This document shows positions 17,931 through 27,128 of a stretch of 60,540 nt of DNA, in pieces. The notes below the pieces were generated by a model. The model was given only the letters and a program-made list of their open reading frames with translations. It was not told the DNA's origin and did not search any database. A program made the translations under genes and the position numbers. The stretch lies in the IMG/VR virus record IMGVR_UViG_3300027749_002987, one strand, 5' to 3'. This stretch comes from an uncultured virus (IMG/VR IMGVR_UViG_3300027749_002987). Taxonomy: Duplodnaviria; Heunggongvirae; Uroviricota; Caudoviricetes. Every line of letters starts with the position of its first letter. Within the stretch, counting starts at the first letter, position 1.

Positions 17931-18148
17931 TGGCCAAAGACGATATTATTGAATTAACCGGCGCTGTTGAAGAAGTACTACCCGGAAACATGTTTCGTGT
18001 CAAAGTAGACAACATGCCAAATCAACTGCTGTGTTATATGAGTGGAAAATTAAAACAACATAAAATCAGAATTATTCTCGGGGATAATGTAAAGATAGAA
18101 GTAAGTCCGTACGATCTTACTAAGGGCCGTGTAACTTATAGGTTGTAA
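17930..18148 (+). CDS. infA: translation initiation factor IF-1
   Basis: MAKDDIIE..G.V.E.LP..MFRV...SGK....IRI..GD.V..E.SPYDLTKGR.TYR. Confidence 0.95.
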   Translation: MAKDDIIELTGAVEEVLPGNMFRVKVDNMPNQLLCYMSGKLKQHKIRIILGDNVKIEVSPYDLTKGRVTYRL

Positions 18149-18149
18149 T

Positions 18150-18818
18150 ATGAACAGTATAATGGAAGCAGTCTGCACTGTTTGCAACCAAGTTAGGCGT
18201 AAAAGCAAGCATGGCGTTAATTTCCAAAACTTACTGACTATGTTACGCAGAGAATTTCGAGAACACGAGTTAATACTTAAAGTAAAATCTGATCGAGATA
18301 AGAAACTCAACTTCGAAGAATTTTATGTCAATGCATACTACGATTCCGAAGATGATCAAAACAATGAGATTCCGATAGAAGTAATTGTACACCACAACTT
18401 TGACAAAACAGTTCTGTGGGATACTCAGCACACCACTGAACTGTTGGTCCAAGTTTTTGATGCAGTTGTACACGAATTCAAGCATCAACGCCAAAGTGTT
18501 AAGAGAAAACATATTACATACTTTGGTCATACCAAATCCCCGTATGACGAATATCTTGCTGACCCGGACGAGGTAGATGCATACGCAATCAGCATCGCTA
18601 TAGAACTTTGCCGAAGTTTGGGAAAGTATCGAGCACTTCGATACATGAAAAGATTCGAAAGTCTATGCAAACTTAAATTCAACGATCGATATGTGAGTCC
18701 AAACCTAGCGGCCTATTTTGGACAATTTAAATCCGCCCGAACACTAATCCTAAAACGTCTAGCCAAAAAGGTCTATGTACGATTACAAAAGATTGACACT
18801 GATGTTATTTTCATGTAA
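18150..18818 (+). CDS. HExxH domain protein
   Basis: VVHEFKHQRQ...YL..PDEVDAYA. Confidence 0.65.
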   Translation: MNSIMEAVCTVCNQVRRKSKHGVNFQNLLTMLRREFREHELILKVKSDRDKKLNFEEFYVNAYYDSEDDQNNEIPIEVIVHHNFDKTVLWDTQHTTELLVQVFDAVVHEFKHQRQSVKRKHITYFGHTKSPYDEYLADPDEVDAYAISIAIELCRSLGKYRALRYMKRFESLCKLKFNDRYVSPNLAAYFGQFKSARTLILKRLAKKVYVRLQKIDTDVIFM

Positions 18819-18821
18819 AAT
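18793..18821 (+). promoter_or_regulatory. sigma70-type promoter
   Basis: TTGACA-17 nt-TAAAAT. Confidence 0.8.
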
Positions 18822-18853
18822 ACAAACTATAGCAACTACACACAGAGAGCGAA

Positions 18854-19546
18854 ATGGCTAACAAAGAGTTTCCCACACAACAGGTATTAGAGTTGGCTTG
18901 TGCGGCACAACGAATTAATGGCGCCTATATTAAAGAAGCTGAAAATGTTTGGGCCGATGATGGTGTCTTTATGTACTCTAAAAAGACCAACAAGATGCTT
19001 ATGCTTTGTACACTTGTTCCTACAAACTGGACCGCAGATCCAAAGGATGCTCCAATGCCTTTGCGAGTGTTGCCCGAAGATACAGCACTTGCAGAAGAAA
19101 TCAAAACTTATTTCAAGAGATTGTTGTTTGCGGCCATTGAAGGTGAAAACGAATTTCAAACCAGCATCAACAGCATACTCAGTGGGGATCTCGTAAAAAC
19201 TAACCAGTTTGGTTATGTGGCCTGCTTGCCCAGTGTGTACGTTAGAGATCGTGCTCAAAACAAAATCAAAAAAGTTGCACGTCAAGTTGAAGAAGGATAT
19301 TTGGGTGCGATTGGCAGTCAATTGAAAGATTTAGATTGCGAAATACTTGAGTCAGTTAAGTCAAAAAACTTTGAAGGCTGGAATATTTCTGCTATAATCA
19401 ATAATAGAATGTGTTCATGGCTTAATAAAACTTCTCTTAATTTAGGTGCTTGTGTTATAGTAAAAGCAAAAGTTAAGGATCATACGAAGCATTGGAAACA
19501 TGGTAACGATGTTACCAGACTTAATTACGTGAAAGCGGCACAGTAA
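18854..19546 (+). CDS. hypothetical protein, possible C-terminal OB fold
   Basis: VKAKVKDH....VTRLNYVK tail; follows a promoter. Confidence 0.65.
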   Translation: MANKEFPTQQVLELACAAQRINGAYIKEAENVWADDGVFMYSKKTNKMLMLCTLVPTNWTADPKDAPMPLRVLPEDTALAEEIKTYFKRLLFAAIEGENEFQTSINSILSGDLVKTNQFGYVACLPSVYVRDRAQNKIKKVARQVEEGYLGAIGSQLKDLDCEILESVKSKNFEGWNISAIINNRMCSWLNKTSLNLGACVIVKAKVKDHTKHWKHGNDVTRLNYVKAAQ

Positions 19547-19767
19547 TGTATAAAACAATTTACACAGAAGTTGAAGTGGATGTGGACCTCAGTGACTTTG
19601 ATACAGATGATCTAATTGAAGAATTAGAGTCACGTGGATCGGCAGTTATGGACTACGGTGATGGTAAGGAAGTGTTACAGGCTATCTACGAAAAACGCAG
19701 ACTGGGACAAGATTATCAAACAGAATTAGATCAATTGATTTGGTTAGGACTAGGACGGGTTATATGA
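19546..19767 (+). CDS. hypothetical acidic protein
   Basis: TAATG coupling. Confidence 0.7.
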   Translation: MYKTIYTEVEVDVDLSDFDTDDLIEELESRGSAVMDYGDGKEVLQAIYEKRRLGQDYQTELDQLIWLGLGRVI

Positions 19768-20201
19768 AAAAAGAACATGACGAATACCTATGCAAGACAT
19801 ATCCAAAGATGATGGTGAACCGCGACAAGCCCATGCAGGAAACTTGTATGTGTTGGGGGTTTGAATGTGGAGATGGTTGGTTCCAAATCTTGAATCAGCT
19901 TATGGGTAATATCCAACATCACATCGATTGGAAGAATCGAACTGCAGAAGTTGTGCCGCAAGTAACCCTAGATCAAGTTAAAGAAAAGTTTGGCACACTG
20001 CGTTTTTATTACACAGGCGGTGATGATGTTATTGACGGCATGGTGCGTATGGCGGAATCAATGTCAGGTATAACTTGTGAAACTTGCGGTAAGCCTGGTA
20101 CAAGAACAGGTGGTGGTTGGGTCAAGACAGTGTGTGTAGAGCATGGTGGTGAAGATTTTGATACTCCGGAAGATGAATATTTAACAAAGGAAGCAGAATG
20201 A
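19764..20201 (+). CDS. hypothetical phage protein with Zn-ribbon-like C-terminus
   Basis: QVKEKFGTLRFY; CETCG...CVEH; ATGA coupling. Confidence 0.7.
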   Translation: MKKEHDEYLCKTYPKMMVNRDKPMQETCMCWGFECGDGWFQILNQLMGNIQHHIDWKNRTAEVVPQVTLDQVKEKFGTLRFYYTGGDDVIDGMVRMAESMSGITCETCGKPGTRTGGGWVKTVCVEHGGEDFDTPEDEYLTKEAE

Positions 20202-20803
20202 TTACGATGAAAGAATGGATGGAATTAGTCGACTATAAGATCACCGAAGGCAGTGACTATGGTTGGGCATGTTACGGACCAAATAGCTATTCGCTGGATA
20301 GCTGGAATGGCGTTCACGGTACAGGTGGATACAGTTTCAGTATTGTGTTTAGCACCAAGAGTCAAAAGGTGTACGAAGTTTCTATGTGCGACTATACCAA
20401 CAATCGTGCTTATCGTATGATCAATCCCGACTATGTTAAAAAGCACAGCAAAGAAGCCAAGGCCCGCGATGTCAATCTAAACGAAGCCTGGGACGATGTT
20501 GACTATGTTGATTTGGATGTGGTAGACGACTTTATCCAAAAAGCGTTGGCTATACGTGCTGGAGAAGATTACGACACACGGATAAAAGTTCCAGTTGACT
20601 TTTCAGATACAGAACTGTTACAATACATGAAGCTGGCACACGAGCGTGACATGACTTTTAACGAGTTTGTTGAAGAAGCGTTGCGATACGCCCTTGAAGA
20701 AGTAGAAGCTGGTCGTCTTACCAAAGAAGATGCTCGAAAATTTGTATTAGAAAGCGAAACAGCTTGGCCGTTTGAAACAGAGAAAGAAGACCATGAGGAT
20801 TAA
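20198..20803 (+). CDS. hypothetical protein
   Basis: ATGA coupling; possible ribbon-helix-helix-like C-terminus. Confidence 0.7.
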   Translation: MITMKEWMELVDYKITEGSDYGWACYGPNSYSLDSWNGVHGTGGYSFSIVFSTKSQKVYEVSMCDYTNNRAYRMINPDYVKKHSKEAKARDVNLNEAWDDVDYVDLDVVDDFIQKALAIRAGEDYDTRIKVPVDFSDTELLQYMKLAHERDMTFNEFVEEALRYALEEVEAGRLTKEDARKFVLESETAWPFETEKEDHED

Positions 20804-21683
20804 ACTAGTGTCTGATCTCCATTTGGAGTTCAGTGACATTAATATTGTTAACGATCAAAACTATGATGTTTTGATACTGGGTGGTGATATTTGTATCGCC
20901 CAGGATCTCCACGACCATCCAGAGCCCGGCAATACTGCAGATCAAGCCGCTATTGCGGCAGGTACTGGATTGGGTCGTAGGCAGTTGACAGCACAGCGTT
21001 TCCGGGATTTTTTCAAGCGTTGCAGTTTTCAGTTTCCACATGTGATCTACATCATGGGCAATCATGAATTCTACAATGGCAAGTTTTATGCTGGTATCGA
21101 TTACATGCGTGAAGAGTGTGCCAAGTATCCTAACATTCATATGTTAGAGCAAGATACTGTCACCATTCAAGATCGTAATAAAGAAACTGGCGAAGTCTCC
21201 GATGTGGTATTTGTGGGCGGGACACTTTGGACCAACATGAACAAGCGTGACCCGCTCACCATGCATGCCATTGAAGGCATGATGAACGACTTCCGTATCA
21301 TCCGCAATGACTTTAGAAGCTATGCTACTATGAGTGCGTTGGATGTTGCCATACGCCACGATAAGACTCTTGCTTACATCAAGATTGTTCTTGAACAAAA
21401 TAAAGACAAACGGTGTGTGGTAGTTGGACATCATACGCCAAGTTTTCAAAGTGCTCACGAAATGTATAAGCATGAAACACTGATGAACGGCGGATACCAC
21501 AGTGACCTTAGTGAGTTCATTTTGGATCACCCACAGATTGTCCTGTGGACACATGGACACACTCATCATCCGTTTGATTATACCATTGGTAACACAAGGG
21601 TTGTGTGTAACCCACGTGGTTATGAAAACGATGGTTACAGCGAAGACACCGGTTGGAACCCCAACATTTTATTGGAGATTTAA
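20793..21683 (+). CDS. calcineurin-like metallophosphoesterase
   Basis: SDLHLE, GGDI, GNHE, GHH.P, HGHTH, NPRGY. Confidence 0.9.
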   Translation: MRIKLVSDLHLEFSDINIVNDQNYDVLILGGDICIAQDLHDHPEPGNTADQAAIAAGTGLGRRQLTAQRFRDFFKRCSFQFPHVIYIMGNHEFYNGKFYAGIDYMREECAKYPNIHMLEQDTVTIQDRNKETGEVSDVVFVGGTLWTNMNKRDPLTMHAIEGMMNDFRIIRNDFRSYATMSALDVAIRHDKTLAYIKIVLEQNKDKRCVVVGHHTPSFQSAHEMYKHETLMNGGYHSDLSEFILDHPQIVLWTHGHTHHPFDYTIGNTRVVCNPRGYENDGYSEDTGWNPNILLEI

Positions 21684-21833
21684 ATGGCAGAAGAAAAACA
21701 ATTAACAGCGGCAGAGATGATCCGTATCACAGCAGAGAACCTAACGGTGATGTTGGATCAAATGGCTGCTCATATCGAAACGCTCGAAGCACGTATTGCT
21801 GAACTAGAAAAAAGCGCAGATGATGTTAAGTGA
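21684..21833 (+). CDS. 49-aa coiled-coil protein (not in ORF track)
   Basis: GGAG RBS; HIETLEARIAELEK. Confidence 0.65.
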   Translation: MAEEKQLTAAEMIRITAENLTVMLDQMAAHIETLEARIAELEKSADDVK

Positions 21834-22134
21834 AGATGGATTTAAGTTATTTAAAAAATGGCTTAGGGGACATCTAATAAGCGGACCTGTTACCGTTACC
21901 TTTACAAAAAAGGACGGTACAGAGCGTATTATGAAATGCACAACTAATCCAACATACATCATGTTCAAAGACCCTGCGATTCTTGAATCCAAAAAGGATC
22001 GCAAGGTCAATGAGGACGTAATGCCAGTTTACGATATGGATTCAAGTGCTTGGAAAAGTTTCCGTTGGGACAGTGTTACAAAAGTATCTTTTACTCTAGG
22101 AGAAGAAGTTGGCAACAATACTGAGACACAGTGA
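21820..22134 (+). CDS. WYL_2/Sm-like SH3 barrel protein
   Basis: VTFTKKDGTERIMKCT...YD.....WKSFR.D.V. Confidence 0.7.
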   Translation: MMLSEDGFKLFKKWLRGHLISGPVTVTFTKKDGTERIMKCTTNPTYIMFKDPAILESKKDRKVNEDVMPVYDMDSSAWKSFRWDSVTKVSFTLGEEVGNNTETQ

Positions 22135-22342
22135 TACTTGCAAAATTAAGATGACCAAATCGTCCCAGCTAACTGAAGCAGTTGTGCAGGCATTTGAAGA
22201 TAAAGTTTTGCTCAATGTAATTGTTAACAAAGCAATTAAAATTAGTATGAAATGGAATGGTCGGTGTTATGAGGGTCGTAGTGCCGGTATGGATTTTGAA
22301 AGTGCTGGCCCTACAGTCAGCCGCACAACTACGGGAAGATAA
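22109..22342 (+). CDS. hypothetical protein
   Basis: TTG start after AGGAG; fills operon gap. Confidence 0.6.
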   Translation: MATILRHSDTCKIKMTKSSQLTEAVVQAFEDKVLLNVIVNKAIKISMKWNGRCYEGRSAGMDFESAGPTVSRTTTGR

Positions 22343-22343
22343 T

Positions 22344-22769
22344 ATGAAAATTGGACTAAGCTATAGCCGTTGTATTTTGGACATCGTAGAAGGCCGAGTA
22401 AACATTGATGATGTGTTGGTATTGATCACTCGCACAGATTTTAATCCCACCGTTGATGAAGAATGGGCAGGTATTTGGGAAGGATACTGTTTAGGCGGAT
22501 TAAGTAATCCAGAATGGGGCCATTACGATTTCCGCAGTAAAGATGACGAAGATAAATTCCGTAGTGTGAGCTGTATGCTCTATGAAGATGGCAAGATTCA
22601 CCAGCCTCGCCAATTTGGCGCTCACCCCCGCCGCCGACCGGAAATTTGGTTGGAAGCAGTTCTGCCAAATAGTGAATTGGAAGCCAACCCCTCAGCCAAA
22701 ATGGCTTGGGAAAAGTTTCAAACCATTGCATCACTTTCGAGCGTCACATTGGATGACAAGTACCAGTAA
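22344..22769 (+). CDS. hypothetical protein
   Basis: start moved to MKIGLS (22344). Confidence 0.7.
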   Translation: MKIGLSYSRCILDIVEGRVNIDDVLVLITRTDFNPTVDEEWAGIWEGYCLGGLSNPEWGHYDFRSKDDEDKFRSVSCMLYEDGKIHQPRQFGAHPRRRPEIWLEAVLPNSELEANPSAKMAWEKFQTIASLSSVTLDDKYQ

Positions 22770-22781
22770 TTCATTTATAAT
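22753..22781 (+). promoter_or_regulatory. sigma70-type promoter
   Basis: ATGACA-17 nt-TATAAT. Confidence 0.6.
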
Positions 22782-22811
22782 ACTTGTATCGTAACAAGAT
22801 AGAAAGTTAAA

Positions 22812-23210
22812 ATGAAAACGTTGCCAATGGTGCTTGCTATACTATTAGTTGGGTGCGGTCCTACGCCCGAGCCAATTTCATCTGTTGCGCAGATCAAATA
22901 CATTAAACCGGATCAAGACGGGTGTGTTACGGAAACATCTAGCACACTAGTTACCCAACATAAAGTTGGTCCAATAACTAATTTGGTTAAAGATAAATTT
23001 GATTGGGGCAATAAGGGCGAGTGTACAGTAAGATTTGATATTACTGTAGACGGCGAAGTTCATCATTTGGAAGAAACTGAGACCGGGCTAGAGCAACTAG
23101 AAAGCCTTTGCTACTATGCTCGTGAACGTGCTCGAAAAAATCTTCTGTTAGATATTGGCGGAACTTTTAACACACAGGCTAACATTGCTTGTCTGCGTAA
23201 AGATAGCTGA
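22812..23210 (+). CDS. predicted lipoprotein
   Basis: lipobox LVGC after hydrophobic stretch. Confidence 0.7.
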   Translation: MKTLPMVLAILLVGCGPTPEPISSVAQIKYIKPDQDGCVTETSSTLVTQHKVGPITNLVKDKFDWGNKGECTVRFDITVDGEVHHLEETETGLEQLESLCYYARERARKNLLLDIGGTFNTQANIACLRKDS

Positions 23211-23226
23211 TTGGCAAAACTGATTC

Positions 23227-23255
23227 TTGACATTTGAGCAATAGTCAGTTACAAT
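23227..23255 (+). promoter_or_regulatory. sigma70-type promoter
   Basis: TTGACA-17 nt-TACAAT. Confidence 0.85.
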
Positions 23256-23285
23256 ACATACACATTAACACACAGAGAGGCAGTT

Positions 23286-23414
23286 ATGAAGGCATTTATT
23301 TTAGGTACAGTCTTTGGACTTGTTTTGGCAACTGTTGGATTCTCCGGCATCGCTAAAATGTTGGACAAGGGCGTAGACACAGTTAAAACACAGAGTCAGG
23401 AGTTGGCAAAATGA
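23286..23414 (+). CDS. 42-aa membrane-anchored protein (not in ORF track)
   Basis: GAGG RBS; MKAFILGTVFGLVLATVGFSG. Confidence 0.7.
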   Translation: MKAFILGTVFGLVLATVGFSGIAKMLDKGVDTVKTQSQELAK

Positions 23415-23539
23415 AAAAGGTAATTTTGATTTTAGTAGTAATGACACTTACCGCTTGTGGTACAATTGGTGGCGCAGTTTCAGGCGCTGGTGAAGATTTA
23501 AACAAAGCTGGCAATTACATTAAGAAAGTAGGAAACTAA
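23411..23539 (+). CDS. entericidin EcnA/B-like lipoprotein (not in ORF track)
   Basis: LTACGT..G...GAGEDL.KAG..I; ATGA coupling. Confidence 0.65.
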   Translation: MKKVILILVVMTLTACGTIGGAVSGAGEDLNKAGNYIKKVGN

Positions 23540-23540
23540 C

Positions 23541-24101
23541 ATGAAAAAAACTCTATTGCTGATCCCTGTCGTGGCAATTTTAGCCGCCTGTGGCACAACT
23601 GATCCGTATCAAAAACGTGCTGATAACGAACGTGAGCGTCAAGAACGCCACGTTGAAAAGGCAATTGACAAGGCTCCCAAGTGGATGACCGAAGTTCCTA
23701 TAAGCAACAGTGCAATTTATGAAGCTGGCTCAGCTGTTAGTGCAGACTTTAGCATGGCCGATATTAAAGCCAAAGCAGATGCATATGGCAAGATTTGTAT
23801 GGCGGCTGGCGGTACTGCAAGTCAGCGTACAAAGATCTATCGTGCAGATACTGAGCGAGCCAGTACAGAATTGTCAGAAATGGCATTGCGTACCAGTTGC
23901 GATCGTGTTGATCTTACAGGCGTAGAAATCAAAGAAATTAAACGTGTGGCAGAAGGAACTCGTTTCCGTGTTTACGTGTTAGTAGCATTGCCTACAGGTG
24001 ATGCAAATATTCTACGCAAGGCCAAAGAACAGGCCAAGCTCAATGAACAAATGGCTCGTCGTGCTCCAGAAGCATTTAAAGAATTGGACAAACCTCAATG
24101 A
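23541..24101 (+). CDS. predicted lipoprotein (LPP20-like)
   Basis: lipobox LAAC; PKW. Confidence 0.7.
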   Translation: MKKTLLLIPVVAILAACGTTDPYQKRADNERERQERHVEKAIDKAPKWMTEVPISNSAIYEAGSAVSADFSMADIKAKADAYGKICMAAGGTASQRTKIYRADTERASTELSEMALRTSCDRVDLTGVEIKEIKRVAEGTRFRVYVLVALPTGDANILRKAKEQAKLNEQMARRAPEAFKELDKPQ

Positions 24102-24556
24102 TTAGAGAATACATTAACATTGTAGAGTCTATGGATAAAGGAATTACCGATGAGTGGTTTGCTCACGGTAGTTTTGAAACCCACAAACTTAGCAATCCAG
24201 TGCCTTATACCATTGCTGATAGCGATGGTGTTACTAAAACACTAGAAGGCCCAGTGCCACACAAAGTCGGCCATTACATCATGGGGCCAGGCGCTAAAGG
24301 AGAATTTTGGCCGTTGGATCCTGATAATTTCCACAGCAAGTATCATGACAACAAAGATGGTACTGGTACTCCCAAGCTGATCCACAAACATGCTAAACTA
24401 GCAGATCACGACGGTGTTATCCATGCAACATGGGGCGACCTTGCATATACTAAAGGTAATGACTATATTGTTAGGCATGGCCCGGGTGATTACGGCCCGG
24501 TTAAGAAAGACATCTTTTTTAAAACGTACGACACATCTAATGTTCACAACAGCTGA
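24098..24556 (+). CDS. PGDYG-family-like protein
   Basis: literal PGDYG motif; TLEG...G.YI..G..GE.WP duplicated fold. Confidence 0.7.
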   Translation: MIREYINIVESMDKGITDEWFAHGSFETHKLSNPVPYTIADSDGVTKTLEGPVPHKVGHYIMGPGAKGEFWPLDPDNFHSKYHDNKDGTGTPKLIHKHAKLADHDGVIHATWGDLAYTKGNDYIVRHGPGDYGPVKKDIFFKTYDTSNVHNS

Positions 24557-24761
24557 ATCTAATATTAGAACTATCCGCCCTGGAGATCCAAAGTTCTTAC
24601 TCAAAGATACATTTACAGTGTGTCAACGAGCTAGTATAGAAATCTCTAAGGATTGTCCTTCAAACTATAAAAAAATTATAGCACAAGCATATGAAAATGG
24701 TTGGCTTAAACCTGTAGCGCATGTTTACGGAAAAGAATTAACAATGGATGCTATGCGATGA
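24540..24761 (+). CDS. hypothetical protein
   Basis: start moved to MFTT (24540). Confidence 0.6.
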   Translation: MFTTAESNIRTIRPGDPKFLLKDTFTVCQRASIEISKDCPSNYKKIIAQAYENGWLKPVAHVYGKELTMDAMR

Positions 24762-25177
24762 AGTTCTTTGAACCCCTGCGTGATGACCTAATGGTGCAAC
24801 AACAGATCAGCAATAGCTGGGAACACATGGTGGGGGTGATCATGCTGAACCAAACTGGTCGCAAACCAGTAAAGCTGACCTTGCCCGAATTCCTTTATTG
24901 GTTTCCTACGCCGCATGCCCTACTCAAGGCCGATGAGGACTTTGTCAAAACCATACTGGCACCCCTTGGCATGATGAATGTGCGATATGAAAGATTAGTC
25001 CGAATGAGTAAAGACTACTTGACCTGGAATGGTGAAGATGCTACAATGCTGTATGGTATTGGAAAATATGGTAGTGACAGTTACGAGATATTTTTCAAAC
25101 ACAACTATAGTGTAGAACCCACAGACAAAGAATTGAAAAGATATTTAGAAGAGGAAATATATGACACAAGTACCTAA
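24758..25177 (+). CDS. HhH-GPD DNA glycosylase, MBD4-like
   Basis: W...V..IMLNQT, L.PLG, LYGIGKYGSDSYEIF, PTDKEL. Confidence 0.8.
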   Translation: MKFFEPLRDDLMVQQQISNSWEHMVGVIMLNQTGRKPVKLTLPEFLYWFPTPHALLKADEDFVKTILAPLGMMNVRYERLVRMSKDYLTWNGEDATMLYGIGKYGSDSYEIFFKHNYSVEPTDKELKRYLEEEIYDTST

Positions 25178-25685
25178 TGTAACATTCGCATTTCGCGAAG
25201 GCGACGAAACACCAGAAGACGGTGGTTGCCCAATCGGAGGCCAATTTGTTTTTAAAACAACCGATGACTTGTTTGCCAACAAACGAGTAGTGGTATTCAG
25301 CCTGCCCGGTGCATTTACACCTACCTGCTCCACATATCAACTACCGGGATTTGAAGAGCAGTATGAAGACTTCAGGGCACAGGGTATCGATGATATCTAT
25401 TGCATCTCAGTTAACGATGCATTTGTCATGAACGAATGGGCCCGTGCATTAGATATTCAAAATGTACATCCGATTCCGGACGGTGCGGGTGCGTTCACAG
25501 AAGGCATGGGCATGACAGTTGACATGAGTGCTATCGGCTTTGGCAAACGCAGTCGCCGCTACGCCGCTATCATTGATAACGGACAAGTACAGCACATGTT
25601 CATCGAGCCAGCTGCCAGTGACACTGACCCGGATCCATATGGCATGTCCAGTCCAGAATCTGTTATGAAATACCTTAAAGGATAA
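25161..25685 (+). CDS. peroxiredoxin (Prx5/redoxin)
   Basis: [24 protein letters not shown]. Confidence 0.95.
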   Translation: MTQVPNVTFAFREGDETPEDGGCPIGGQFVFKTTDDLFANKRVVVFSLPGAFTPTCSTYQLPGFEEQYEDFRAQGIDDIYCISVNDAFVMNEWARALDIQNVHPIPDGAGAFTEGMGMTVDMSAIGFGKRSRRYAAIIDNGQVQHMFIEPAASDTDPDPYGMSSPESVMKYLKG

Positions 25686-25686
25686 T

Positions 25687-26274
25687 ATGCCAAATTTAGT
25701 ACCCATGGTAATCGAGCAAGAAGCTCGCGGAGAACGCAGTTATGACATCTACAGTCGACTACTCAAAGATCGTATTGTGATGTTGGATACAGAAGTGCAT
25801 GAGCATAGCGCCAGCTTACTGGTAGCACAGCTACTATTTTTAGAAAGTCAAGGAAATGAGGACATTACTTTTTTCATCAATAGTCCTGGGGGTGTAGTTA
25901 CTGCCGGCATGGCTATCTACGACACAATGCAATTTATCAAACCTGACGTTTGCACAGTGGTTATGGGTCAGGCTTGCAGTATGGGCTCCTTGCTCGCCAC
26001 TGCTGGAGCGCCTGGCAAGCGTAAAATGCTACCAAACGCTAGACACATGATTCACCAACCTTCGGGCGGTGCCGGCGGACAAGCTACAGATATGGAAATT
26101 CAAGTAAATGAAATCATCAAGATGAAAAAGAACTTGACACAGATCTATGTTAACCACAACAGCAAGGGCAAGACGTTTGAACAGTTCCATGCAGGTATGG
26201 AACGTGATAACTTTATGAGTGCCCAAGAAGCGTTGGATTTTGGATTGATTGACGAAATTATTACCAAACGATGA
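25687..26274 (+). CDS. clpP: Clp protease proteolytic subunit
   Basis: [23 protein letters not shown] (Ser), MIHQP (His), ERDNFM (Asp). Confidence 0.95.
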   Translation: MPNLVPMVIEQEARGERSYDIYSRLLKDRIVMLDTEVHEHSASLLVAQLLFLESQGNEDITFFINSPGGVVTAGMAIYDTMQFIKPDVCTVVMGQACSMGSLLATAGAPGKRKMLPNARHMIHQPSGGAGGQATDMEIQVNEIIKMKKNLTQIYVNHNSKGKTFEQFHAGMERDNFMSAQEALDFGLIDEIITKR

Positions 26275-27059
26275 AGCGACTGTTTGTTGTAGGTTGTAGC
26301 TTTACCAAGTATCATTGGCCAACTTGGGCTGACATGCTTGGCAAAGAATATGATCACTTTGAAAATTGGGGTAACAGTGGTCTAGGTAATCGTGCGATTG
26401 CAGAAAGGCTTACTGAACTAGTCGTTACCAATGAGATTACCCAAGACGACACCATTGTAGTACAGTGGACTGACTTTCACCGATTTGATATACACTCTAA
26501 TAAAAATTGGGAACCAACCGGATGGAACTGTGGTGGTAGTGTATTACTTAATCCACAGTATCCCAAATCCTGGGTTGAGCATTATTGGCAAGAAGAAAGT
26601 TTTATGATGCATTCATTTAACTTTATTAAACTAGCTACTGCACTGTTAGAAACATTGCCATGTAAATGGCTGATGTTTACTATGAATGATCTAGCAGGAT
26701 CAATCGATCAATTTCCAAAGCTAGAAAAATATAGATCTATATTTTCTACAGACAAGTGGTCTCCTCCGTTAAACAATTTCTTCATTAATCGATATCCTAA
26801 GTTTACTTGTAAAAACGAAGAGTGGGAATCGCAAACTGGCAAGATAGTTGATTATGTTGATCCGCATCCTACTCCAGAGGCGCACTATAATTATATGCGC
26901 ACTTATCTAGCACCAAAACTAGATATTATTCCAGATGCCGACTGGGCAGGAGTCGCTCAGGATCTCCTAAAAAACACAGTATTCCATTCACATCTAAGAA
27001 GCAAGTATTCTAAAAACTTAGATTGGGTACCGGACAAATACTGGATTAGAGGCATTTAA
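26271..27059 (+). CDS. SGNH-like hydrolase/acyltransferase
   Basis: GCSFT, G.GN, VQWT...R.D, DPHP. Confidence 0.65.
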   Translation: MKRLFVVGCSFTKYHWPTWADMLGKEYDHFENWGNSGLGNRAIAERLTELVVTNEITQDDTIVVQWTDFHRFDIHSNKNWEPTGWNCGGSVLLNPQYPKSWVEHYWQEESFMMHSFNFIKLATALLETLPCKWLMFTMNDLAGSIDQFPKLEKYRSIFSTDKWSPPLNNFFINRYPKFTCKNEEWESQTGKIVDYVDPHPTPEAHYNYMRTYLAPKLDIIPDADWAGVAQDLLKNTVFHSHLRSKYSKNLDWVPDKYWIRGI

Positions 27060-27085
27060 TCCACCATAAAGTATGTAGATAATTG

Positions 27086-27128
27086 GACACCCTAGTATAC
27101 TATAAATAGTTACATCTAGGAGTGTGTC
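27086..27128 (+). promoter_or_regulatory. late promoter TATAAATA (27101-27108) within an RBS-occluding hairpin
   Basis: exact T4 late consensus; CCTAG/CTAGG and ACAC/GTGT pairing covers AGGAG. Confidence 0.65.
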
